From NCBI RefSeq assembly GCF_009914755.1, contig NC_060934.1: 64,000 nucleotides of DNA; one strand, given 5' to 3'. The stretch is from the human T2T-CHM13v2.0 reference genome, Homo sapiens. Below, in pieces: positions 36,276 through 48,915 of this stretch. The translations under genes and the position numbers were made by a program. Each line of letters starts with the position of its first letter. The stretch's first letter is position 1. Under the pieces are notes generated by a model. The model was not told the DNA's origin. It searched no databases and saw nothing but the letters and a program-made list of their open reading frames with translations.

Positions 36276-37202
36276 GAATGGATTTGAAAGTTACTGATAT
36301 GGGGGTTTGCCTGGTTTAGTGATGGCTGAATGTGGGTTGGAGAAAGAGGTAAGAGGTGATGACCCTGTCTGAGAGGTGAGGACCCCTCCTCCCAGGACCC
36401 TGGCTTTTCTGAGGGCATGAATAATGGCACCTCTGATATACAAAGGGCTGACAGAGGAGCAGGAGGTTTGTTTGAAGATATTGAGTGGTTTTAGGCCCAG
36501 GCTCTGGAGCAAGACTCCTGGGTGTGAATCCCACCTTCCCCACTTACTAGCTACAGTGGCCTTGGGTAGTCCCTTAACTTCTTGATGCCTTGAAGGGAAG
36601 TAACAACACCTGAGTCACAGGAGTGTGGGACTCCACAGAGGGTGATAATCCACGTAAAGTGCATCACTCAGCCTGGCTCACAGTCAGCACTCAGTGAGGT
36701 CACTCATGACCATCACAATGACTGACTAGAGGCTCCATAGGCAGCTGGCATGAAAGGAATTCTGGTTTGAGAGATCATGACCAGCCTGAGAGTTATTTTC
36801 CCACCTCCAGTTCCTTCCTGTGTGTTGAGAGCTTGCATGCACGTGTAGACGCCCCAGCCTGTGTGTCCAAGCTCTGTCCACAGCTCCCTGCAAAGAGCTA
36901 GATTAACTTACCCTGCAGTAGTGTGCAGTATGAAGAAAAGGGAAGCCATTCCTTGTGAGAAGCTTGAGGGAGGACTAGTCAGAGAGAGTGTGAGGACATG
37001 AAAGAAGGGACAGAGAGATTCCAAATGAAGGGGGTAGTCAACAGCCTTCAATATTGAAGGGACTGGGAGTCAAATGAAGGCTGAAAAGTCCTAAATTTGG
37101 CTCATAGAGGTCCTTGGTGACATTAGTAAGGACAGTCTTTTGGAGACAGAGAGCAGTTGATAGAGTAGGAACCAGGCCTGGGGGCTTGAAGGCCTCTGAG
37201 AT

Positions 37203-37432
37203 GGAATGGAAAACCAAATATTGTATGTTCTCATGTATAGGTGGGAGATAAGCTATGAGGACACAAAGGCATAAGAATGATATAATGGACTTCGGAGACT
37301 TGCAGGAAAGGGTGGGAGGGGAGTGAGGGATAAAAGACTACACACTGGGTATGGTGTACACTGCTCAGGTCATGGCTACACCAAAATCTCAGAAACTACC
37401 ACTAAAGAACTCATTCATGTAACAAAAAAAAT
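37203..37432 (+). mobile_element. L1PB/L1MA 3'UTR fragment
   Basis: GGAATGGAAAACCAAATATTGTATGTTCTCA...CACTAAAGAACTCATTCATGTAAC followed by an A-rich tail. Confidence 0.85.
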
Positions 37433-37692
37433 AGAAGAAGAAGAGGAAGAGGAAGAGGAAGAGGAAGAAGAGGAAGAGGAAGAAGAAGAAGAAGAAAGAA
37501 GAAGAAGAAGGAAGAAGAAGAAGAAGAAGAAGAAGAAGGAGAAGAAGAAGAAGGAGAAGGAGAAGAAGGAGAAGGAGAAGAAGAAGAAGAAGAAGAAGGA
37601 GAAGGAGAAGGAGAAGGAGAAGGAGAAGGAGAAGGAGAAGGAGAAGGAGAAGGAGAAGGAGAAGGAGAAGAAGAAGAAGAAGAAGAAGAAGA
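37433..37692 (+). repeat. Compound (GAA)n/(GAAGAG)n/(GAAGGA)n polypurine microsatellite, 260 bp
   Basis: No pyrimidine on the + strand across 260 nt. Confidence 0.97.
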
Positions 37693-38081
37693 CTCAGCCC
37701 CTGCAGGATTAAGGAATAGAAAATTCAAAGGAAAAGGAAAAGGAACAGGGCTCCAACCAGAGAGTGTCTCTCTCATGCTGAAGAAGTCTCCAGAAATTAG
37801 TTTGGGGCTGATTCCATGGTGAGAGGAGCTCAGATTCCTTCTATTATGTTGCTCCCAGGGGAATAACCTGTCTCCAGATTTACCTCAAGACCAATACAGC
37901 TGCTCCTGCTCCAGCCATCATGTTCATGTTCCAGCTAGCAAGAAGATGGGAAAGAGTGTACAACACCCTCCTTTTAAGGAAGAAACCCAGAAACACATAT
38001 ATCACTTTTACTTATCTCACATAGGCTAGAGCTTAGCCCTCAGCCACACTTTGCTGCAGGGGGATGCTGGAAAATGTAGTC

Positions 38082-38480
38082 TTTTTTTTTTTTTTGAGAC
38101 AGAGTCTCACTGTCACCCAGGCTGCCATAGCCACCTGAATAGTTGGGATTACAGGCATGCACCATGATGCCCGGCTAATTTTTGTATTTTTAGTAGAGAC
38201 AGGGTTTCACCATGTTGGCCAGGCTGGTCTCGAACTCCTGATCTCAAGTGATCCACCTGCCTCGGCCTCTCAAAGTGCCAAGGTGGGTGGATCATGAGGT
38301 CAGGAGATCGAGACCATCCTAGCTAACACGGTGAAACCCCATCTCTACAAAAAACATTTAAAAAAATTAGCCAGGCGTGGTGGCAGGCACCTGTAGTCCC
38401 AGCTACTCAGGAGGCTGAGGCAGGAGAGTGGTGTGAACTCGGGAGGCAAAGCTTGCAGTGAGCTGAGATTGCACCACTGC
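38082..38480. mobile_element. Fused inverted Alu pair: antisense AluSx-like (38082 to about 38277) and sense AluY-like (about 38278-38480)
   Basis: Junction CTCTCAAAGTG|CCAAGGTGGGTGGATCA; AAATGTAGTCTTT flanks both ends (38072-38084, 38481-38493). Confidence 0.88.
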
Positions 38481-39404
38481 AAATGTAGTCTTTATTTTGG
38501 TGCCCATGCACAGCTTAAAATCCTCCCAAGATGAAAAAGAGGAGGATGGGTATTGGGAAATAGTCGTTTGGCCACTGCTTGTAGGCAAGGGGGCATGAAT
38601 GTGAGGGGATTTCAATCAGAAGGCTTCTATTTTTTTCTCCATGAATTACGAGATGAGGTCCCCAGCGACAAAATGTGGTGGGAGGGTTGAATGTGGCACC
38701 TGAAGTTTTCAATTCTTGAAGGAGAGCTGGCTGCCCTAAGTGGTGCTGGAGGCCTTGGTGAGAGTGAAGTCTGTGTGTCTGCTCTATGGAGGATATACCC
38801 CAACATGCTTGCATGCTGGAGGGCAGAGCTGCCACAAGATGGACTCTCTGAGATGGGGTCTGGGGATCTGGGCATGTGGTTAGAGATGTTCAGGAAATGG
38901 ACCTTGGGGTCTGGGCTCTGTAGGGAAAGCAGTGTGACCAGGTGGGAGGGGCGAGGTCTTGGAGAAGGTGAGGGAGGTCAATGGGGATGTGTCCTGCGTT
39001 CAGGAGGAGAGCTGCGGGGCTAGGAGGCTGCAGCTGGCAGGAAGACTCCAGCATTTGCAACATCAGAGTGGATGGCCCTGGGTGGTGCCAGCCTCCAGGG
39101 TGTGGGCTGCTGAAATGAAGTAAAGGAGAACGTCCCCAGACTGAGGAACAGAGGTGCCAGGTGAATTTTCCTCAGGATGTGGAAGTTTCCCAGAATGATG
39201 GCAGATGGAGGGGAAGGAGTCACTGTGATACAGGGGCTGATGTCCTTGTAAATATCAGGACATTGCCATGTCAATCAGACAGTGACCATGAGTGATCACT
39301 GGGGGCAGTTCATACTGGAGAGAATATACAGGAAGTGTTTGGAGGGTTCAGTGGGAGGAGGGTAAGTTAGGGGTGGAGGAGGGCAGACCAAGAGAGGCCA
39401 GGAG

Positions 39405-40975
39405 GAGCCCACCTCTTGCATCAGCATGAACTGGATGTAAGACATGGAGTCAAAGGAGATCATTTTGGAACTTTAAGCAAGTAGTTACTTCCTACATACA
39501 ACAGCGGTACAGGCATTTGGTAAATACACCCATTCCAAATGGGAGAAATTGGCCAAAACAAAGGAACTACATGCAAGTCCGAAATCCCATAGACTTGGGC
39601 AGCTCCACCCCTGTGGAGGATGATGACCCTCTTCTCACAGCTCCACCAGGCAGTGCCTCAGTGGGGACTCTGTGCAGCAGTGGGCTCCATCCCCACATTT
39701 CCCTTCCTCAGTGTCCTAGCAGAGGTTCTCCCTGAGGGCTCCGCCCCTGCAGCAGACTTTTGCCTGGACATCCAGGCGTTTCCATACATTGTCTGAAATT
39801 TAGGCAGAGGTTCTCAAACCTCAATTCTTGACTTCTGTGCAGCTGCAGGTTCAACACCTGTAAGCTGCCAAAGCTTGGGGCTTGCATCTTCTGAAGCAAT
39901 GGCCTAAGCTATACATTGACCCCTTTTAGCCACAACTGGAACTGAAGCAACTGGGATGCACTAGTCCCCCAAACCATTTTTCCCTCCTAAGCCCCTGGGC
40001 CTCTGATGGGAGGGGCTGCTGTGAAGTTCTCAGACATTCCCTGGAGACATTTTCCCCATTGTCTTGGTGATTAACATTCGGTTCCTCGTTACTTATGCAA
40101 ATTTCTGCAATGGGCTTGAATTTCCCCCTAAGAAATGAGTTTTTCTTTTCTATCGCATTGCCAGGGTGCAAATTTTCTAAACTTTTATGCTCTGCTTCCT
40201 CTTGAACGCTTTGGTGCTTAGAAATTTCTTCTGCCAGATACCCTAAATTATCTCTCTCATATTCAAATTTCCACAGATCTCTAGGGCAGGGGGAAAATGC
40301 CACCAGTCTCTTTGCATAGCAAGGGTGGCCTTTACTCCAGTTTCCAACAAGTTCCTCATCTCCATCTGAGACCACCTCAGCCTGGACTTCATTGTCCACA
40401 TCACTATCAGCATTTTGGTCAAAGCCATTCAACAGGTCTCTAGGAAGTTCCAAACTTTCCCACATTTCTCTGTCTTCTTCTGAGCCTTCCAGACTGTTCC
40501 AACCTCTGCCTGTTACCTAGTTCCAAAGTTACGTCCACATTTTGGGGTATATTTATACTAGTATGTCACTCCTGGTACCAATTTACTGTATTAGTTTGTT
40601 CTCATGCTGCTAATAAAGACATATCTGACACTGGGTAATTTATGAAGGAAAGAGGTTTAATTGACTCATGGTTCTGCAGGGCTGGGGAGGCCTCAGGAAA
40701 CTTACAATCATGATGGAAGGGGAAGCAAATACATCATTTTTCACCTGGCAGCAGGAAGGAGAAGAATGAGCAAAGGGGGCCGGTGTGGCGGGGGGGAGCC
40801 CCTCATAAAACCATCAGATCTCATGAGAATTCACTCACTATCACGAGAACAGCATGGAGATAACCTCCCTCATGATTCAATTACCTCCCACTGGGTCCCT
40901 CCTATGTCATGTGAGGATTATGGGAACTATAATTCAAGATGAGATTTGGATGGAGACATAGCCAAGCCATATCGA
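39405..40975 (-). mobile_element. THE1 (THE1C/D-like) MaLR: internal region plus 5' LTR (about 40588-40975); 3' LTR absent
   Basis: ORF 39926..40465 (MWESLELPRDLLNGFDQNADSD...) is the typical THE1/MST-int ORF remnant; LTR hallmark GCTAATAAAGACAT...GGGGAGGCCTCAGGAAACTTACAATCATG. Confidence 0.88.
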
Positions 40976-41961
40976 GCAGTAAATCTAACAATTAAGATAC
41001 ACAGGCTTTGGAATGAGACAGACCTGGGTTTGAAAGTCTTGGCCACTGTCAGCTGTGCAATTTTGAGCAAGTATTCAACCTCTCTGGACCAAAGTTTCCA
41101 CATTTGGATAGTGGGGGTAGGGGTGGGGTATTTGTCTTTCTCCCTTTAGGGGAAGTCTTTCATGGTTGGAGATACACATCACTGCCTTTCCATCCCATGT
41201 CACCCTATTTCTTTGCTTTGCCTAGAAGGCCATGAGGAAGGACTCTGGAAGATGTCTGAATACTAGAAACCCCGAGAGCCAGAAGAATGCATTCGTCTGT
41301 GGTTCAAGCTAAGTATGGGTAGTGCCAAGATGGTTTCTGATTTGGTCTCCACCACATACAGTGATTCCAAAGGCGGGTAAGACATCCTTCCTCCTGCCCC
41401 AGCGTCAGCCCTTTGCAGTCTATCTCGGTCTGCTTTTCAAGTACCCCTAATATCTTGGCACTTCCTCATGGTGAAAAGTCTCCTTCCTCCCCTTCCTGAC
41501 CCCATCCATGTGCCCAATGCCCAAAGGACATTTGGAGGGATGCACTTAAAATCAAATTCGTCCACTGTCTATTTGTTGAGATAAGGTGTGGTGACAACAG
41601 CAGTCCAAGGGGACTACTAGCAGCCTCAGAATCCAGCCACCCAGCCCTAGCCTTGTCAGGGCCACTCCTGGGCTGGGCACACTGGTAGGTGGGGAGGGAA
41701 GGGCAGCATTGTCAGAGAAGACAGACCAAGCTGCAGCTGCCCTACTGGGAGGCTGGGAGGCCTGAATAGCTTCACAGCGCTGGGCCCTGCTTGCTGAATG
41801 GGGGCTTGGCTCCTCCCTGGCGGTGGTCCGGAATGGATGACATTTTCATTGCAAGCTAACAAGGGGAGAAATCCAATTACTTCACAAAGAGGCTCCTGAA
41901 GGGGCCTCACAGCCTGGAGAAAGAAGGGGAGGAGAAGAGGGGGAGAGGGAAGGAAGAAGGG

Positions 41962-41963
<2 letters not shown>

Positions 41964-42015
<52 letters not shown>
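41964..42015 (+). repeat. (GT)26 microsatellite
   Basis: Perfect dinucleotide run directly after a purine tract. Confidence 0.97.
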
Positions 42016-42017
<2 letters not shown>

Positions 42018-43787
42018 GGAGGCTCCCACCCAGACCAGGAAAGGAACAAAGCCCTCAGGCCTCCAGGACATGGCCTCCTGCATACAGGCAGGGAGATTGG
42101 AACTGGGGGGCTTTTAATTGATTTCCAGTGGGTCAGAGGGTCTGCCTGGAAACTCCAGGTCCCTGAGAGCTCCAGGCAATCAGGCTTCCTCCCTGTGGAA
42201 CAACCTGAGTGGTGCAGAAGAGGCCCCAGCCCTATTTCTCTGCCCCATCAGACTACAGTTTCCCTGACCTGAGTCATCAAAGGCCCATTATACACTTTTT
42301 TACCTTTGTTGCATCCACCTAAACTATTAATCCCTTTTTGAAACATTTATTTAAAGTGTATTATTTAAGCTCAGTATTTTGGAAGTTTATATCCTAACTG
42401 CAAATAGAAAAAGTAGAAGCTAATTCTAAATAGAAATACAATTCAAATAGCCCAATGTTGTTGAACCTCAGGGAGCTGAAAGCCTTGGGCTCTCTGGGGT
42501 GGAGGGTGGGAGTGATGGGATGGTGGGGTTAGCAAATGTTTGCAATCCAGATTTCTCCCAGGTCTAATCCAGGAGGAAGAAGAGGATTGAAAAGGGAACA
42601 CCTCCCTCCCGCAGCGGTTCAAAAGCTGCTCCAGGCAAGGCTATGCCTCCAGGTCTTCCACACCTGCCCCCAGGGTAGTGGGTGTGGCGGCTTCACGGCC
42701 TTGCTGCCCTTAACTTTGGTTGCCCAACAGCTAGCTTAGTCCTCTCTTTTCCTCTTCCGGAAAAGAGAGGCAAAGTTAGGAACGATTGAGTACTGGATAG
42801 ACCTACTTTCTGTGAGTTGTGGGGTGGTCACTGGAGTCCCAGAAAGTGTGAGAGGCCTGGGGGAGGTGGAAGATAATGGCAGTTCCAGGGCCACAAGCGT
42901 GTCCAGTCTCCCGCTCTCCCTCCCCTTCGACTCGGGAGGAAGGGCTACAGACCCCATCTAGGAGGAAATTAGCATTCGCTTCCTCTGGCTCAGCCAGAGC
43001 AAATCGGCCTTCAAAAGCCAGCGGCCTGGAGGCCACACAGCGCGCCCCTTTGTGGCTCCCACGCCTTGCCTCACCCTCTCCCCCAGCCGACTGAACTCCC
43101 CAGCTCCGAAGAGAGCAAATGGGAGTCTCCTGAGGCACAAGGACCTGGGGTGGGGTGGGGCAGATCTTCCTCAATGCCCTCTCCAAACTGGGGGTCCCGC
43201 CTGCTTCTCCTGTCCTGTGGAGGCTTTTTGGTGAGCTTTGGTCCCAAAGGAGTTTAGGCCCCAAGGATGGCACAGTGCTAGTCCTCACTCCCCCTTTACC
43301 CCCGGGAGATTCAGGCCAAGTGGGAAGGCTGAGGGAGGGGCAGTGCTTGCTAGAGGGCATGGCTCAGGTTAAGCTCCACCCACTCAGATTTGTGTCCAAA
43401 AGTGGACAAGGACCACCCTGGGCTTTGGGGACTTCCTGCTCCCCTCTGATCTCCCCAGGCCATCTCTGTTCTCAGAATACTGGAGGAGAGGAGGCTACGG
43501 AAATGCGGGTTTCATCCAGAGACTCAGGGGCACCCCTAAGTCCTCAGCGGGCTCACCGGTCAAGTCAGATGCCTGGGGAGGGAGGCTGAGGGGAAGGGCT
43601 AAGGTGAGGATGATCTGCACAGTCGGAGGCAGTCAAAGAAGCTTAAAGAAGGTGAAGCTTAAATAATAATCATAGCCAACAAAAGCAGGCACCAGGATTT
43701 CCTAAACACCTAAGGGATTAACTGCTTTACCCTCCACTACTCTAGGAGGTAGCTGAGGCTGGCTAACTTGCTTAAAAATCCCAGCTA

Positions 43788-44190
<403 letters not shown>

Positions 44191-44961
44191 CTAGTCCGTA
44201 TTCTTCACCTCCTTGTGGCATTTGATTTTGTTAAGACTCAATCTTTTGGCTTCCAGAACTCCACTCTCTTCCTGGACTCTTCTAACCTCTCTGATCATTC
44301 CATGTGCGTCTTCCTAGGGGCCCACCCAGGGCTTCTGCTGCCAGGGCAGTGTGTGTATGCACAAACAGAGAGCCTGCGTAGTCTCTAGATTCCAGATACT
44401 CTCTGGAGTAGTGCAGTTTGGCAGTGTTGACCCTACCCCTTGAATGTGCCTGGGGTTTATTCCTTGGCCTTCTCATCTGTAACCAGACTCATTGTTTTAA
44501 CATTATCTCTTCCCTGATGACTCCCAAACTTTTGTCTCTATCCTTGACAAATCCCATGGCCTATGGGACACATTCATCTGGATAACTCAACTCAAAAACA
44601 CAAGAGGCCATCAACTGAACTCATGCTTCCTCCAAACCTTCTCACACTGGAATTTCTGTCCTACGCATCCAAGGTGGAAACTCTTGGGTTCTCATTGATT
44701 CAACTCTGCCCTGACACCCTCATCTCCCTTTTCAACCAAACACCTCTCCTGCCCCATTGTTTTTGCCAACCCAACATCCAATCACCAAGGTAATTCTGCC
44801 TTTGAAATCTCTCCTGCACCTCCCCTCTCCTCATCTACTAAGTCTCCATCATCTCATACTTTGACTATTTGACATAGATCCCTAACAAATGTCACTGCTC
44901 AGTCTTTCTGCTGCAGACAAAGAGCCCTTCAAACCCAGTCTCACAAAAATCTCCCTGCTCA

Positions 44962-45340
<379 letters not shown>

Positions 45341-46489
45341 TTAACAAAACTCCTATCACTTGCTCTTCATCTTCCATGTGCTATGCACCCTATACCCCAC
45401 TATAGGCACTTATCTAAACACTCCTTGTCTTTTCATATTTATTTATTCACATGTCCCATAATTTTTTATTTGATATCATCTATGAACCAGGCCCTGTGCT
45501 CACTGCTGGGAGAGATAAACATGAATCAGACCCTGGCCCTGCACTCTGGAGGATGAAGTCTGTTCTTCATGTTGTTGCTATTCTGCCATTTTGATATACC
45601 CTTTTCCATCAGAAAATGTCTACTCTCATAAATAGAAAGTCTTATATTTTTCCCACATATCAGTGCATCATTTTATGTATGCACTCCTTGGAGTTCATAC
45701 AGTGCACTTTGAAGACATCTGGACTAAGACCCAGAAACAGGAAGTAAATAGAGTTTTTTGGTTGAAAGTGACAGAAAACCAATTCAAACAAGTAGGAAAG
45801 GGAATTTATTGGTTCACATAAGCAGGAAGTGCCGAGGTAGATTAGAGCTGACCTTAGAGACTCCAAGAACACATCACCTGTCACTCCCTCTGTCTGCCTC
45901 CTCAGGCCTTCTACCCTGATGACTTCTATTGCAGAGATGGGTGAAGAGTAGATGGTAGATCTGGTGGCAGAAAGCTATGAGCTTATGTCAATCCAGCCTA
46001 GTGATGCCCCTGGAAAAATATGTTCTTTCCTAGCATTCATCTAAAAATCTTAAGAAATGGTTGTCATTGACCCAATTTGGATAATGTATTCATTCCTGAA
46101 CCAGTAACTGAGGCAAGGGGATGAAGAGCTCTGAAGGGAGAGGCTTGAATCACATACTCATCCCTGTGGTCTGGAGGGCACTGTGACTGGTAACTGAAGA
46201 AGAACCACATGGAATTGGGGAGGAGCAGTTCTCCAAAGGAAGGTGAGTGCTGTAATCAGAAAGGGGGGAAAGGATCGGGGGCAGACAAACACAAAAAATG
46301 CCACTACAGACAGTGTGGAGGCAAAACTAGACTACTGATCCTTGATTCTTTCCATTGCATTATGGTGTTGTAGCTAGATGATCAAACCACATATCCCTCA
46401 GAAGACAGGTATGATCCTAAGATAGTCCAGTCCTCATTATTGTACAGGAGCTGCATAGGCAGAACATTTCCTTACTCCTGATGTTTCTT

Positions 46490-48915
46490 TCTAGACTTCT
46501 GCTTCCAGTTGTAAGGGAAGCCCTATAATTGAGACAGACTTACCATTCTCCTGTAAACAGAAAACTTGACAAAACATATGAAATAACAGTTTTCAGACAA
46601 TGGACTGTGATCCTTGAGAGAATGGAAACAAATGAGGTGAGCCCTGTGATCACCTGGCTTTCTGCTGGAGATTTCTGGTCTGTGATGCAGGGATGGGGAA
46701 CCCAAAGAGAGCCTGGTGGTCTTGCTGAGTTGAGGATACAAAGAAGAGAATTCAGGAGGTTGAGGCAGCTAGGGTTTGCACGTAGTGGAAAGATTTTTAC
46801 AGAGAAAGTTTCAGAAACATGCATAGAGCTCCCTTGAGTTCCCATGAAGCTAACTAAAAAAAAAATCCAGGGAAAGGACAATTACTTGGGAGAAGTAAGA
46901 TAAAAAGATTCTTAGAGTTCACACAGGTTGGGGAATCATTTGAGGTTCTACTAACCAGGATGGAGACGCATTGCTATAATATGTGAGGCATTTATATATT
47001 TGATGAAAGATTCTAGAAGGGTCATATTTCAATGGTGGGGCTAACCTAGCTCTAGAGTGAAGGTTACTGTAGTCCCATTTTTTAAGAGCTTAAAAACAAG
47101 CTTTAAAAAGATTATAGTTGTCTTTTAATGGCCTCCAGGACAAAATGCAACCCCTCTTTAATGGAATACAATAAAATCAAGCACTCAATGATGTAAATTT
47201 GCATTACCCAGCATCTAATCAAGAATGACTAGAAATACACAGAATTAGAAATATGTTACCCATAATTAGATGTGGATGCTAAAGCAACTCCATCTTGGAT
47301 GCTAATCTGCCATGTTGACTTCTGATTAACCCTGTTCTGGGAAGGCCTGTAAGATTTCTACTTTATCTACTGTTATCATACATGTTGCCCAGAGGTCAAA
47401 ACAACCTTGATAATAAATTCTTCTCTCAGGCAGACTAACACAGCATTCTTGCCTTTCCCTGAGGAGTTGAATTCAACTGTCTTATACACTCCTTCCCTAT
47501 GGTATATAAACCCTGGGTCTGGGGCAGGGATAATGGTGTGGGGATCCACCATCTTGTCTTACCACCATCTGAGACATGGCTTCTGTTAATAAGTCCCTAT
47601 TAAATTTTTCTTTCTGATAAACTGGATTTGTCAGCCTCTTTCTTTGGATTCTCAGCTTCCTTGGCCTTTGGAGGTAGGTTTGCACAGACCTGCTCACTAC
47701 AGAATACTAGGAGAAAAAGCAATCAATGAAAATATATCTGGAAATGACAGATATTAAAATGATTCTTACAGATATGCTCAACAATTTAGAGAAAAGCATG
47801 AACATAATGAGGAAATAAATTGAAGATAAGAAGACTCAAACAGAACTCCTAAGGGAGGAAAAATACAGTGTTTAAAATGAAAATGTTACCAGATAGGATG
47901 AAAAGCTAATTAGATACTGCAAAAGAAAAGATCAGTGAACTTGAAGACACACCTTAGAAACGATCTCAAACGAAGCACAGAGAGGAAAAAAAGAGTGAGA
48001 TAAAAACCAATATCACTGATCTATGGGACAATGTCAAGCAGTCCGACAGACATAACACTGGAGTCGCAAAAGGGGATGTGGGGGCAGAAAAAACATTTTG
48101 AAAAAATAATGGGCAAACATTTTCCAAATTTGATGACAGCTATAAATCCAGATCAAAGAAGCTCAAGGAACCCCAAGCATGATAAATAAAAATAAAATCA
48201 CACCAGGGAGCATTACATTTAAATTGCTGAAAGCCAGTGATAAAGATAAAATCTTAAAAGCAGTCAGAGGAAAATTAAGAAAAGACATTATGTACCTAGG
48301 AACAAAGATAACAATGACAGCAGACTACTCATCAGAAACTATGCAAGCTGGAAGACAATGAAACATCTTTAAATGCTGAAAGAAGAAAACCCCAAAAACC
48401 TATTAACCTAGAATTATGTTCACAGTGAAAGTACCTTTCAAAAATTAAGATGAAATAAAATTTTTTAAAAAATGCAAGCTAAAGTAGTAGAATTTGTTGC
48501 CAGCAGACTTGCTCTATAAGAAACATTAAAGGAAATTCTTTAGGAGAAGGAAAATGGTATCAGGTAGAAACTTGGATCTACAGAAAGGAGTGAAGAAAGC
48601 AGGAAATGACAGAGATGTGGGTAAATATAAAATATGTTGATTGTGTAAAGCAAAAGTAATAATGATATATTTGGCAGTTTATAATACATGTAGAAAGTGT
48701 ATGATGACAACAGCACAAAGGATAAGAGGGAAAAATGGAAGTATCATGTTGTAAGGTTCTTAAGGTATACATGAAGTATATAATATATTATTATAATCTT
48801 ATTTGATGATAGACTGTGATAAGTTAAGCAAGTATATTGTAAGCCCTAGAGCAACACTAAGAGAGTAATGAAGAGGCATAGCGACTAAGCCAATAATAGA
48901 GATAAAATGAAATCT
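46490..48915 (+). mobile_element. Old L1M 5' region (5'UTR and ORF1 remnants)
   Basis: ORF 48179..48361 (KLLKASDKDKILKAVR...ITMTADYSSETMQA) is homologous to L1 ORF1p. Confidence 0.78.
47271..47706 (+). mobile_element. Solo LTR (LTR47-like) inside L1M
   Basis: TG start, GCAACTCCATCTTGGATGCTAAT hallmark, TATATAAA at 47503-47510, ATTAAA at 47599-47604. Family name uncertain. Confidence 0.7.

Noticed and set aside
37323-37776. Poly-E/K and poly-S/P ORFs
   Set aside because: Translations of the GAA/GGA microsatellite.
39926-40465. 179-aa acidic ORF
   Set aside because: Standard THE1/MST internal ORF remnant found in many genomic copies.
42803-43589. 185-aa and 144-aa ORFs in a GC-rich patch
   Set aside because: Pro/Gly/Ser-biased composition expected from GC content; no recognisable family or exon structure.
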